Made by a program: the position numbers and the translations under genes. From Octopus bimaculoides (taxonomy: Eukaryota): DNA of 42,506 nt. Positions 11,071 to 24,299 of this stretch are shown piece after piece. Location: NCBI RefSeq assembly GCF_001194135.2, contig NC_068984.1, forward strand, positions 63,759,908 to 63,802,413, read 5' to 3'. Numbering within the stretch: the stretch's first letter is position 1; the number at the start of each line of letters is the position of its first letter. A model generated the notes under the pieces. It did not search any database. It saw only the letters and a list, made by a program, of their open reading frames with translations, and had not been told where the DNA came from.

Positions 11071-13967
11071 TGTTGATCGACCCAACAGTAAGTATTGCCA
11101 GTTTTGTCATAAGTTACAGTTATGGAATATATATAACTTGGCAAATAAATATTATGCTTAATATGATTTAAACGATTTCATTCGTGTAATACAGAATCTA
11201 AAAAATGTTATCAATATTTACAAATTTATTTGATTTGTGTCTCGACTTGTATTTCAAATCTTTCTCTAAATTATCATAGCATGCTAGGAGATAGCTAATA
11301 AATTGATTTACATATACATATATCTAGAACAATTTGTTTCGATCAAAGGTGAATATTTGATATATGTTTCCTTATGTCTGTTTATTAAATTCTTTCGTAT
11401 ATCTATATTTATATGCTCCATTTTATAATATATTCTTTTGGGTCGCGCCTCTTATTAATCATATAATTTTTAATACTTTGGTGGTTTATCTCCGTTGTAT
11501 GTAGATTTTATCTACGAAATACATATTATTTACTGTTTTCCGGTATTTTGATTGATCAGGAAAATATTTGGATAATTAAGAAAGGATAAATATTATCATG
11601 TTTATTTATATTATAATGAAATAAGAGACTATCATTGACCAAATAATAAAAAAATTACAAACCTGGCATTTGAACAGCTCGTTTACAATTTTAAGCAATC
11701 CATTTTTGTTGACACCATGTTAAATATTATGTTTTGTGCGAATAATTTTCACTCATATGATTTTTGCAAATGTAATTATCATAAGGGTATTGCAATATCT
11801 ACTCAACAAAAACATTATTGTTATTACAGCTTTGAAATAGAAAGCATTTATATTTTCCTGTGAGATTATTAATAATTTTTTTTGAGAAATGTTATCGTGC
11901 AGACAAATCGAAAGAAATACATTGGAAAATCAGACATAATTTTCATGAACGGAATTTATAATTTTCTTGCTAATACTTAGTTATACATAATAATCTGAAC
12001 ATAAACTACAATCTCGTCTCTCACATCTGGCCCCATTTCCTAGCGACAAAACAAATATTCATGCTAGTTGTTACCTGGGAATAGCATTCATAGAATTGTC
12101 AAGAATTACAAAGTAAGTAAATGCAGGTATGTGATGGTAAAGGTCCATAATGGGAATACATACTATGAAGTTTTTTTTACTGTTCTTTGATCATGCTTGA
12201 CAAAAAGTGACTATGATCCATGTGACTTCACACCTGCAACATTAAGAGTGCATTCGAACTAGCGGTTCTCATAAGAAATTGGTAAAGTTTCAACAAAATA
12301 TATCTCGTCTGGTTCCAATGATAGTCACACAATATCTAGCGCAGCGGGCGCATATCTGCAGACAAATATAGCTAATTCCACACGTATGAGATATACATGA
12401 TGTTGCGGATTACAGAAATATGTTGGTACTAAAATCTCATTGTATAGAGGATATTTATGTAATTAATCTAAGATTTAAATGTGGTTGGACTGAAAATAGT
12501 GAAAGTGGCTCAGGAATGATGTTTTGTTTTTTTAAATTTACTGAAATTACTTAAATAATGACGTTTATTTTTACATTTGTAGTGGCATTTACTTTACGTG
12601 ACGTGGAAGAACTGTTAAGTCATAGTTAAATCAAGCTCCATACAAGGGTCTGCAATTGATGAAGCTAAATCTAGGTTCAGACAGGTAACAATACCGGAAA
12701 TGTTGAAGATTAGACATTTGAGCTTGGGAAAAAAGTCATGACGGAATAGAAAAAAATCCAACATTACGAGGAAACATGCCTCTAATATCAGAGAGAAAAA
12801 AACGACTTTTCCCAGTGTTAACGTTTTGGTGGAGCTAGAAAAATGTAACAGCAACAGATCTAAGAGTACATGCATGCTTCAGCCACCGATGCCAAAATAC
12901 AATAATTTGTGGTTTCAAGTTTTCTATTTCTTTTTAAATTCCGGGCTGCTCTATCTTACGAAATGTGTTGTAAATTTGTCATGTAAAGAGTGAAATGTTT
13001 CATACATTGGATATGCTCTTAAAATTAAGTATTGGAATAATATATAATAGGAGTAAGTTATATTCACATTCTCAAGGACTTCATATAATTATTACAGGAT
13101 TATAAAAGTTATAATTAACACTATTACTATTACCACAAGTTGCCTTGAGTAATTTATTTTTAAATCCATTTATGAAAACACACGTACATACATACATATA
13201 TACATACATACATACATCCGTACATACATACATACATACATACATGCATACACATTCACGGACAGAGAAACCATTCAGAGGAGAATACATATGAACTACA
13301 TGACACCTAAGACAAGTAAAATCAATATGGCATTTTTACGAAGAGAAAGAAAATAAAATGTTGGAAAACATGCCCTATAAAGGGAGTTGTGGAATGCTTA
13401 TCAGTGTTTCTTATTTCTTGTATAGTGTTTTCAAAATATTTGGCATAGATTTCACGTGTGTAAAGCTTCTAAATTTCTCTAAAGCAACATATAGTTTGAC
13501 TAATTATTACTTTTAATTGATGGATGATATTAATGAGGAAATTCAGTATAGTTGTACATCTCATGAATCAGGAAATTTAATATATATACTATATCATGAA
13601 TCAAATAGGGCAATTATGTCAATATAGCCACAGAATATTTTACTGTGAAATATAGTTATAAATAATTATCTTGAGATTTATTGCTAAAATATGTAAAAAG
13701 CGGTGATGCAAAAACATTTTCAGTATCCATTAGGTACTGGATTCCCTTGAAAAAGAGAGTTGTAAAATATTTAATGGATTTTATTTACATACTATTTCTT
13801 TGTAACCAACACTTATTACAAAACTATTTTCAATTAGTTGCAATTTCAAGAGAGTGAAAGAAAGAAAATGACATAGCGGTTATTGCGAGCAATTCTTATC
13901 TAGACAATGTGATAATTTCAAAGTAATCAAATATTATATGTCACAAAGATTATTTAATTGCTTACAG

Positions 13968-14007
13968 GCAATCCGATAATTCTTTACTGGCAAGAATAAT
14001 AATATGG
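13968..14007 (+). other. Candidate 40-nt exon ending in ATGG (putative start-codon exon of P3)
   Basis: Acceptor ttgcttacag| at 13967 and donor ATGG|gtaagt at 14008. The same ATGG|gtaagt junction occurs in P1. Confidence 0.45.
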
Positions 14008-14229
14008 GTAAGTATCGCTTTTATTGGGGCACATCAATGTTGTGTGGACTACTGAAGCATGCATTGTTCAGTATGAATACGAATACTGTCACATATCAAA
14101 AATAGTTGCCAATTGTTATTGATCCATACATAAGGAATGAGGTTTGATAATTGCTGCACGGCCAGGAATGAGGATTTAAATGCCTAAGTTAGGAGTGACG
14201 TAGGTAAAAGTAATATTCTATTGAAATTT

Positions 14230-15480
14230 CCATCTTAGATTGTGTAGCATAAATATAGTTGTAACTGTTTGTGATTCCCGCAGAAACGATTCTTTATAGG
14301 AATTAGAAATGAATTTAATAACATTTATATACATGCTTAGTGAATCATCCAATTTTAGATTACTGTTGAGAAGAAAGCTACAGCCATGTTTGTATTTTAT
14401 AGGACTTTGTCAAATTCATAAATCTATACAGAAGCGTTCTGTTATCAATTATTAACAGTTTCAAGGCAGCGAGCTGGCAGAAAAGTTAACACGCCGGGTG
14501 AAATGTTTAGCGGTATTTCGCCTGTCTTTACGTTCTAAGTTCAAATTCCGCCTATGTCGACATTGCCTTTCATCCTCTCGGGGTCGATAAATTAAGTACC
14601 GGCTGCGTGCTCGGATTGATCTAATCGACTGGCCCCCTTCCCCAAAAGTTCGGGCCTTGTGCCTAGATTAGAAAAGAATTATTGACAGTTTCCTGTTACA
14701 TATAGAAAAAGCGCTACAAATTATTTTAGCCGAATAATGTACATACAAAAATAATCAAATGGAGCAGAAAAATAATTTAAAGTCAGTACTGGCACAATAT
14801 TAAATAGATTATTTAAAGGAATAACGTACAAATAAAAGAAAATAATTCAAATTTCTTTCTTAGTTTTCGAAATTAAAAAAATTAACGATGATTTTAAGTG
14901 ACGCTCACAAAAGGGGGAGCTAAGCTGAAGACATTAAGTATCATTTTTAGAAAATTAATTTGAATACTCACGATTAAATCTTAACTTTAGAACAGAAAAT
15001 AGGGTTTTTTTTTCGTTATAAATATCTATAAACATTTCATTTTCCTTTCAAACATCTTCCCAATAGGAAGTCCGGTGTGAAAGGAATTACTGTAAAGGAT
15101 TCGTTTGATAACATTTCGCAGTTTTAGTTTGAGATTGATTGAAAGAATTCGATTCATGCAAAATCATAGATTGGTAAACAAGTAGGATTTCATTTAGCTA
15201 GACATTAACTCTGAAACATGAAAACATCCATTTGGAAAAGAATTAAATCAATGAAAGTATAGTAATATGTTTTGACTTATTAAAGTTGTATCTTTTCGTT
15301 TTGAGATACCTGTGTTATGCAAATTAAAATGCACAGTTGGTATATCCTTCATCTTTCATATGAGATGCATACGATTGTGTTTAATATGTTATCTTGGCAA
15401 ATGATGCATCTAAAACAACTTTCACATACACAAGTATTTCGATTTGTATGTTGAATAAGATTCTCACTTGTCCACAATGA
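14230..15480 (+). pseudogene. Unknown-family paralogue remnant P3, interrupted by a SINE
   Basis: SINIVVTVCDS (14246-14278) vs P1 SIKLVINICNS. YVILAND (15385-15405) and DLYVE*DS (15441-15464; gttgaataagattct vs P1 gttgaatcagattct). Confidence 0.5.
14463..14676 (+). mobile_element. tRNA-derived SINE (Meta-domain-like body) with 16-bp TSD
   Basis: A-box-like GAGCTGGCAGAA, B-box-like AAGTTCAAATTC, body GCCTTTCATCCTCTCGGGGTCGATAAATTAAGTACC. TSD AATTATT(A/G)ACAGTTTC at 14447-14462 and 14677-14692. Confidence 0.92.
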
Positions 15481-15829
15481 CGTTAAACCTTTTCCTCCTT
15501 TAAGTGTATATATATATATCAATGTCATGTTAACGTGATTGTAAAACAACTTTCCATTATAATTGTGCCTAAAACATGTATATATAAACTTGTGTATATG
15601 CATGTGTGCATATACGTATGTATGAATATTAGGTCCTTTACTTTAATACCGTCCCACGACTATGTGCAATTTTTGCAAACCGTGCGCTGTTGCAAAAAGT
15701 TATTAGGATCTCATAGTTGTGACTCAAGTGAACTTTGAACTTAATTAGAAGTTAGTAGAGGAATTACGTCTTAGCTCAGAAAGAAATTAAATACTTGTGA
15801 CAAATCTTCTGCTATGTTAAATAAGCCAT

Positions 15830-16900
15830 CCCACCAGATCTCTCCAGTGATGTTGAAACTAAGTATAAATAGAAACCTTAGGAGTCCTAGTTGAAAAAAT
15901 CATATAATAAGTATAGACACATATCAAACTAAGCCTCAGATTAATTCTCCTGATATACATTATCCACCTAGACTATTCTCTGTATTGAAATTTTAAATAC
16001 AAATTGGTATATGCACTATATAGACCTGCTCTTACAATCACTCATCTATAACACCAGAGATAAACCCGCCTACTGGCTCTAAAACAAATTCTACTTAATG
16101 TTGTCCGAAAATGGTAACGTTTTAGGTGCTTTGTGGTCAACTGCAACGGCCCAGAATTATTTGACAGCATAGAGTACATCGATCTTGAATCATATTCTCC
16201 CGAAGTATTGTTCTCTAATAATGCTGGTAACTTCTTTAGTTCTCTCACTCATCTCATATTGATCCTTCGTTACCACTATAGAACGTGGATCTTTCGAAAC
16301 CTTTAACGTCTACACTATCTACGTTCACTAATTGCATTCTAACCAGTACATAGGCACAGAATACAGCTTTAATCTGTTTTTCACCTTCTAGTGCAATCCC
16401 TATCAAACTATTATGGGTTCAGCTGTTGTCAATTCTCATCTGGTCTTACATAAATACAAAATACACACTTATATCTAAGAAACATCCATATATCAGACAA
16501 CGACGCTCTTTCTGGTTCTGGAAGGATGTGAGATAACTGGTTGGTGCTCCGCCGGTTCTATGCTACACAACCCTTAAAATCTACGTGCTTTACCTCCAAA
16601 TGACCGGAAAAGTAGGTTCAATAATTAAAATCATGCTGTAAATACTGCGAGCCATAATCTATAAACATCAACAATCTACATACATATGTCCAATGTGCTA
16701 CACTCTAAAATTTCAGATATAGAACATCATCTACACGGCTCAAAACAAATCTATCTCCACACACTAGAAAATATTTACACGTAACAGCAACTCATGGAAA
16801 AGAAAAAAGATATCACACGAATACTGAAGACTCTTTATGAGCATTAGAGACAACTTGAGGAAACTCACCTCTCATTTGTAGCCGAGTATTTCGATCTCTG
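15830..16900 (+). mobile_element. Probable decayed Penelope-like retroelement fragment (GIY-YIG-like end)
   Basis: AIIYKH...YICPMCYTLKFQI*NII..QNKSISTH (~16650-16780) resembles the GIY-YIG pattern IYK..YIGQTxRxLKxRIxEH..SAIxxH. RT motifs upstream are only vaguely recognisable. Confidence 0.45.
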
Positions 16901-17195
16901 TCCAAAACTATCGAAACTATATATTTTCCCAAAATATATTAAAGTTATCCTTATCAAAACTGGTACAAGTAAATAACTGATCATTGTCGAACTAATTAAA
17001 GTCGCATTGAGGGAAATGTAGTTTCTACGTGATAGTACATTTGTAGTCCAAATTACATCCAGAAAGTATTGCCATCCAAAAACATTATTTAATACCGTTT
17101 TTTTTTTATTTGCCGTTGCACTCTTTAGTTATAAAGGCAGTATAACATTTGATGCAGGATCTGAATAAAACCAGATACCGATATTTATGTTGTAA

Positions 17196-17315
17196 TGGAC
17201 GGGAAAATATGTGAGATGTTCAGATTTTTATAATGGAGTGGATTCTCACAACAACCATACATTCTTTCTATCAAAGAGTAGAATTAGTATTTGTTATCCA
17301 GTAATCAATTGCTGA
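17196..17315 (+). pseudogene. Possible N-terminal remnant P4 of the unknown family
   Basis: FYNGVDSHNNHTFFLSKSRISICYP has NGV followed 14 aa later by ISIC, as in P1 (NGV..15 aa..INIC). A pyrimidine-rich acceptor lies at ~17128. The match is short. Confidence 0.3.
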
Positions 17316-18799
17316 ATCATTATATGATATGATCTAATGGTTCTGCAAATACTAATCCTGAAAAACTTGAATTATTCAAATAAGAAATTAAATTAATATA
17401 ATGAAATGAGATCATGCTCTAAAAACCGTAATGTTTTATTTGATATTTGTTGATTTAATGGTAAAAAGAAAATAATAGGCAATTTTTTTTTTATTGTGCA
17501 TGTCCTAACACATTATAAACCTCACTTGTGCATTGCATGTGAAACAACCGATAAAGTTGCTGCAGTAATCTGAACTGATCTCAATATTGAGTGAAATGCA
17601 GATAGTTACAGCAACAGTAAGTGTATATTCATATATATGCATACATATATATAGATATTGTATGTATACATATATATGAATACAGTATGTGTTTGTATAT
17701 ATATATATATATAATATGAATGGCTTATATATGCTTAAATACATGCGTATATGTACATACTTACATCTATGCGTATATATATGCATATGTGGGCGCAGGG
17801 CGTCACGAAACGTGTACAACAAAAAATACGAAGTACAAGTACATGGAATATGAGCTATTCTTTCGAACAATGACAAACACAAATGAAAAAGCAAGACAAA
17901 CAACATAAATAATGACCCTACATCTGGTGTTGGTTGTTTTTCTACTCCCGTATTTCGAGAATTTCACAACAATATACACTTTCGAAAAAACAGGTGTCCC
18001 GCGAAAGCAAATTAAATAAAATTTGGGATGTTGCGTAGGTGGTTAAAACTAGTAATAAAAACAAGAGAGTGAAACAAACAGGAAGGGCTCCAAAGCTTCA
18101 ACGAGGTTGTGGTGGCGAACACGTAAAACAAGCTTGGACAGGACACAGACAAGAACACGTCTTCCTTCATGTATATATATATATATATATATATATACTT
18201 TTCGTAATGAGATAAAAAACCAAGTTTGTGTAGATTTTAGAACATTTATAAATAGAATGTCTTACAGCTGTTTCCAGGATATTTGCTAAATCCCTTCATC
18301 GGAGATGGTGTGAGAAGGTGGTTAAACAATAGTTAATTTAGATAAGATCCGAAATAGAGAGTGAATTGGAGGAACGAAAATAGATGTGAGATATGCAGGG
18401 ATATTGTATTTGTAAATACATTTTTTAGGCAGAATGCTATACATATAAGATTCCAATACTTTTGAGTAAATTCCAATAGTCTTTAACATTGGCCATTCCG
18501 AGTATAGAGTTTGTACACAGTGTTATTGAATCAAGGGTTTTATTTAAAGTGACCTAAAAGTAGGAAATGTATTAATAGGGTCAAATCGAAAACAGGAAGA
18601 GAGGAATAAAGAAAGAGAAGAAAAAAGAAAGAAAACGGGGAAGAGAGAAAGAGAAGAAAAAAGGGAGAAGACAGATTATAAGCGGAAAAAAGAAAAGAAA
18701 GAAAACGGAATACAAAGATAGAGATAAGGGAAAGTGTACCAGATGGTGGTCAGTCGATATAGTTTGAAAGTAGGAATGGGGAGATAAGGGTGATAGAGA

Positions 18800-19050
18800 G
18801 ACGGGTTAAAAGTTAATGCCACTGTTTACACAGAGGTGTTAGAGAAAGTTTTGAGGCTCCGGAAAGACAGTACGCAACGGAAGACCATATGCCTTCCAGC
18901 AATGCTCTTTGCCATCTCATAATGCTAGGACAAGGTGAATGTATACCAGTCTCCATCATTATGTCCTGCCTGAGTCCTGACCTCCTAACTCATCAGGTCT
19001 CAATCCACTGGATTATTAAGTATGAGGCGTAATCCAAAGATCAACTAACG
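18800..19050 (+). mobile_element. maT/DD37D-type Tc1-mariner transposase fragment
   Basis: GLKVNATVYTEVLEKVL..NGRPYAFQQ..PSHNA...PPNS.GLNPLDY*V*GVIQ matches the catalytic region GLRVNAxxYIEVL..GRPYVFQQDSAPxH..WPPNSPDLNPLDYYVWG. Confidence 0.75.
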
Positions 19051-19085
19051 CAATGCCCAAAATTGATAAAGAATAGATGATGTAG

Positions 19086-19317
19086 ATGGCAAGCTGGCAG
19101 AAACGTTAGTACGCCGGGCGAAATGCTTAGCGGTATTTTGTCTGCCGTTACGTTCTGATTTCAAATTCCGCCGTGGTTGACTTTGCCTTTCATCGTTTCG
19201 GAGTCGATAAATTAAGTACCAATTATGCACTGGGGTCGATGCAATCGACTTAAGACTTTTGTCTGTCCTTGTTTGTCCCCTCTATGTTTAGCCCCTTGTG
19301 GACAATAATGAAATAAG
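19086..19317 (+). mobile_element. tRNA-derived SINE, same head/body as 14463 but a different 3' tail
   Basis: GCAAGCTGGCAGAAACGTTAGTACGCCGGGCGAAATGCTTAGCGG...GCCTTTCATCGTTTCGGAGTCGATAAATTAAGTACC; tail TTGTTTGTCCCCTCTATGTTTAGCCCCTTGTGG. Confidence 0.92.
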
Positions 19318-20728
19318 TATATGTGATTTAGGCATGTTAACGCTTCCGAAACTGCATTCAAACAACCATTGATGGTAAATTTGATTCATTGAATATGTAT
19401 ACTAAAAGTATTCTCAACATTATTTGTACNNNNNNNNNNNNNNNNNNNNNNNNNNNNNNNNNNNNNNNNNNNNNNNNNNNNNNNNNNNNNNNNNNNNNNN
19501 NNNNNNNNNNNNNNNNNNNNNNNNNNNNNNNNNNNNNNNNNNNNNNNNNNNNNNNNNNNNNNNNNNNNNNNNNNNNNNNNNNNNNNNNNNNNNNNNNNNN
19601 NNNNNNNNNNNNNNNNNNNNNNNNNNNNNNNNNNNNNNNNNNNNNNNNATAAACTGAACATGGGTGATCGTCGTATTCTTTATTGTCTTGAGGTTCACAG
19701 CTAAACGCCTGGATGGATTCGCGTGAAAAATTGCACACATGTGGAAACTTGTGCTGAGATTGGAATGCGGTTTGTATTTTTTCCTAACCCCCATAGTTAT
19801 CGAGAAAATCGATTAAAAGTCTTTCTAATGGAATTCCCCTGTTTGTTCCACCATTAAAACAACCAGTTGCTCACACAGCCGGCATATACCATTCCGCTAG
19901 CAAAAAGCGGAGTACAAGATGACAGTCTGCCAAAACTTTCGCTATGTTGTCTCTATTCTTTTGCTCTTTATGGCGTTAATAATCTTCATCTTTAGTTACA
20001 GTTTCTCATTCAAACTACATAATAGGTAGAATTGTCGGATTAAGACAGTAGGGTGTTTTGAGGGAGAATAGCTTCTATTTCTACCAGGTCTAGCTACCAT
20101 GTAAAGGTCTGAACTTAATTATCATTCACATATTTGCATTTCAAAAATTTAACATTATCTTTTCCATTAATCAACTATCGTAAACATTTTACACAATGAC
20201 CTCACATTTTCTGTGTATGCGTGCGTACCTTAAAAGCCGTCAATCATCACGACACACACCTTCATTCTCTCACTCTATCTCTCTTTCTCTCTCACATACA
20301 CATGCACAAGCACGCAGGGATGCACGCACACACACACATACACACACACACACGTCCATTTCATATATCTTCTTTCAAATTTTGGTCTCTGCAAATAAAA
20401 TTGTTATGGATTCAACTGCTTACAAAAGTAGGGATTAATGTATAATTTCTTTCTATATTCATAATTAAATCAAAGTTTTAATGATTAGACAGAGGTCAAA
20501 TAGAATAGCTCTCAGAAACAGACTACGTACAAATTCGTACTTTACATCTCCTGAAACTGTTTTCTGACAGGGGAGGGGGGGTCAGGAAATGTTCATACAG
20601 CTGAAGGCTCTAATCGAAACAAGGGACCGGAAATGATTACTTTGAGAAACCCTGTGATAGATTATGCCTAACCGAAAACGATCACAGCCACATCATCCAA
20701 ACAGACCGGATGAAACCGGGCTTAGCTG

Positions 20729-20768
<40 letters not shown>

Positions 20769-21844
20769 TGTGTGTGTGTGTGTGTGTGTACCAACACATG
20801 CATGTATGTGTACATATATATATCTGTGTGTGTTTGTATGTGTGTGTGTATGCACTCAAGGAGACACTATGCAACTAAACGCTCCCGTCTTTAGCAAAAT
20901 AATTATATATACAAAAAAAAATTGATGGCCGCATTGCACCACATACTCTATAGAGTCAGGTTTAATATGAAGTTAGACAACAACAACATCTCCGTGATTA
21001 ATTATAAATACCGTTTTCTAATCAGAGAAACATATAATTTAGACATTTAGAGTATAATATTCTATTTGGTTTATTTAATCAACACCGAGAGACTTCATAA
21101 TTCATTGCATTACCTCAAAAGCGTATTTGGAATTTCTTTGACGGTATCCTACTTCTAGACGCACAATAAGTTCAACGTTATTCTTCATATTTTGCTATAT
21201 CATTTGTTCAGTCTGTGAAGAATATAGGGTATGTTAATTAACATTCCTAACCCAAGAGAGGAAAACGTGAAGTAGTACGTATATAATCGAAATGCTCAGT
21301 AAAAATAGAAAATAACGTTAACATTACATTACATTTCAGAGAAATAAATATCCATTCCTAAGCAGCGAATCCCAAATCAAAATTGTAACAAGTAGTAATT
21401 TGTCGGTTGTTTCGACTTATAAGAAGGCTTGGAATTATTTTCCGTCAAATCCCAACTTTCGAAATGGTGTTATTAGAGCATATAGCTAGTATTATAGTTT
21501 GGAGATGTGTGTGTGTGTGTGCGCGCGTGTGTGTACGTGAGTGCGTGTATGCATGTATGTATGTATACCAAATGTATTTCTTTCTTAATAGATAGTATTA
21601 AGTTATTGTGAGAGTAATTCTTGGGTAAGAAACAGCGATAGTTATATTCATGAAAAACGATAGAGCTTTCTCTGTAAAGTTACCCAGGCACCAGCTCACA
21701 GAGAAACATGAATTCACATACATATTAAAATCTTAAAACAAACGCGCACAGATACATACAGGCATGCATTCATGTGTCAGTGTGATTTTAATTTATGTGT
21801 CAGTGTGGGTCTTCGTGAATCTTTCAAAAGATATATTTTGTTAG

Positions 21845-22215
21845 GGGCATTCTAACAAACATACAATGGCATATGGTGCGGTAGTTTCCGGGGATAAAAT
21901 CAAATCATCATTCACAAATTTTGTTCTGCACAGAATCCACCTATGTCGATATTTTTCGTCAGAAATGTTCAAGTACTGTTGAAAAATAAAAGAAGAAAGA
22001 AGATATACTAAATAGCTTATGTATTTGTTTTGTAAGATTTTGATGTGGAACCGTGCGTTGAAACAGATATTGTCATACTTGGGGACGGTCAAAACTGAAT
22101 AAGCAGAACAAGAGGAGACACGTGGGATAAAGAGTGGGTCTTGCAAGTCAATATTAATGCAGCTCATAATAATGATAACCCTTTGATCATTACAGACCAA
22201 AACTTAATGAAGCTA
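21845..22215 (+). pseudogene. Unknown-family paralogue remnant P5 (C-terminal motifs, two frameshifts)
   Basis: HSNKHTMAYGAVVSGDKIKS / ESTYVDIFRQ / IY*IAYVFVL*DFDVEPCVETDIVIL vs P8 YSFILSGNELND / SVYVEVFMQ / IYNTAVRITFFQNLELE. The annotated minus-strand ORF 21841-22200 is probably its antisense shadow. Confidence 0.6.
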
Positions 22216-22484
22216 ATAATTTAAACAACAATAATATAAGTGTAATAAATAATGATACAAGGAAAATTTTTAATGCCTCGTCAGCAAGAAAACGCCAAAA
22301 AAGAAATGAAATGAGAGAAAAAGAGAGAGAGCAATTCAGAGAGTATCAAAGACGAAGACGGCCTTTTTACACCTTTCCAATAGTGCGTACTCGCAGTCAG
22401 TTACAAACTCGAAGAAGATTTCGTCGTCTCTGATATAAGAAAATTAATAAAATATCAACTTACGTTGCGTTTAGTCGCTTAGAT

Positions 22485-22783
22485 CAGGGAGTTTTCAAAC
22501 TTTTTGACTTGCGGACCCCTTTATATTTCAGGCTTTACCTTAGGGCCCCCCACCTTATAAACACATGAAATTTATACATAGATATTTGCTTAAAATAACG
22601 CATATTTTTACATTTATTTATCTAACAGTATTTAACAAATAGGTTTATTGTCAATTAAAAGATTTCTATTAAAAAACATGTATAAAATCAAATTGCCCAT
22701 AAAAAGTATTTGCTGTCCAAGGACCCCCTGTCTTGTCCTTGCGGAAACCCTGTGGTCCGCAGACCACAGTTTGAAAACCCCTG
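22485..22783. mobile_element. Non-autonomous hAT (Charlie-like) MITE, 299 bp
   Basis: TIRs CAGGGAGTTTTCAAAC / GTTTGAAAACCCCTG, 8-bp TSD GCTTAGAT (22477-22484) / GCTCAGAT (22784-22791), subterminal GCGGACC/GGTCCGC motifs. Confidence 0.9.
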
Positions 22784-23245
22784 GCTCAGATGATTAAAAA
22801 TTCATTATACGCTATATCATTAAAGTAGCCATCTATGTATCGTACTTAATACATACACATTACCGATTAGCCAGTCAACGCAGTATTTTTCCTGAGATAA
22901 CGTCTCTAATGGATTGTCATGTTAAAGACAGAAAAGATATTAGAGATGAAACCTCTTCCCAGCTACTGCCAGCCAAAATATCAAATGAATTTATTATAAT
23001 ATATAACTATTTTAATTACATACCTACATCAATTTGTCATACCGAATTCTAATCAACCAAGCCATTTTTGGAATGTTCTGGTCACTTTCTCTTATCCAGG
23101 AGGTGGAGAATTCTCGCTTGTGCATGTGGCTGTTTGCAAATAAAAGGCCCAGTTAAGCCGAAGTGCATCTGGCACCGTCGTTAGCGACTGCTGATTTGAA
23201 TTTTCTTCTCTCATTTTTTGTTATAAATATTGTATTTTTTTACAG

Positions 23246-23309
23246 AGCAGGTTGAGCTCTCAGGAAAAATACTGCAGCAACCTATATATCACCAGTTCGT
23301 ATGCGTTAG
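23246..23309 (+). other. Candidate 64-nt spliced exon of unknown transcript
   Basis: Strong acceptor tattgtatttttttacag| and donor TTAG|gtatga. Two of three frames are open, with no recognisable peptide. Confidence 0.3.
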
Positions 23310-23799
23310 GTATGATACATAGAGGGCTGTTTTAATCAAATGTTGTCTCAATTGTGTATATCGGTTGTGAGTGCGTGCGTGTGTATATGTTCGTATGTAC
23401 ATATGTGCACGTGCGTTGTGTGTGTCTGTGTGCTTGTGTATGTACATATTTTTATATAATTATAGATGCACATACTATCGTATTTAATAATTGACTAAAT
23501 CATATATTCTGCCAAAGGCATGTCCATATTTAGTTATTATTAACATTCTTAAAAGTTGTTCAAGTTAATGCAAGTTTAAGTTGGTGTTAAATTATAACAA
23601 TGAGTCTGGAAATGTTGCTAAACATCGTAATTTTTGTTCAAAACAATTATTTCAGGAATCGTATAATTTCCTAAAGGTAATTTAAAATAGATTATTTCTC
23701 GGATATGCTTTTAAATTTGCGACAATATAGTTGTATATGTGTGTATATTTATATATACGAGTGCGTGTGTGTGTGCGTGCGTGTCTATCTGTCTGTCTG

Positions 23800-23830
<31 letters not shown>

Positions 23831-24299
23831 GTATGTATGTATGTATGTATGTGTTCGTTAGTAGATACCTACCGGCTTATGGGCATAAGCTATTCTCAGC
23901 TGATGGAGATATAGTTATTAGTTTTGTAATGAAGCACAGTTGGTGATAGCTAACAGTATCTTCCAAAGAAAAGTAAGAGAATGTCAAGGAATTAACAATT
24001 AGTTTACATGCTTACAAGGATAACTGTTCGTTATCCTCAGATAAACTGATTACTTTCGACATGTTTATGTATTATTGTTCATCTGTTAGTTGAGCCTAAT
24101 CAAACTTACTTTGGCCAGTGGAAAATTTGTCGTGTTTTTTACATATACACATTACTTTATAAAGCATCTTGGCTTTTAGCAATTTGCATAATAAAAAAAT
24201 AGCAAATGTAGCACCTTTTAGCTAATGACATGCATCTAAATTTTAAAAAATTAGCGGTGGAATAAAGACATACACAGAACTTCTCATTTAAAATTTACT

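Noticed and set aside
12583-12629. Possible terminal coding exon (AFTLRDVEELLSHS*) after an acceptor
   Set aside because: Too short, with no upstream exon or homology support.
17930-18600. Possible LTR/LINE remnants
   Set aside because: No diagnostic motif I can name; left unclassified.
20560-20654. Possible right end of another hAT MITE (TTGAGAAACCCTG)
   Set aside because: No left TIR or TSD is identifiable.
21841-22200. 119-aa minus-strand ORF with a vague ionotropic-receptor-like 'PYAIV' motif
   Set aside because: The plus strand carries the family motifs instead, and the receptor resemblance is only a few residues.
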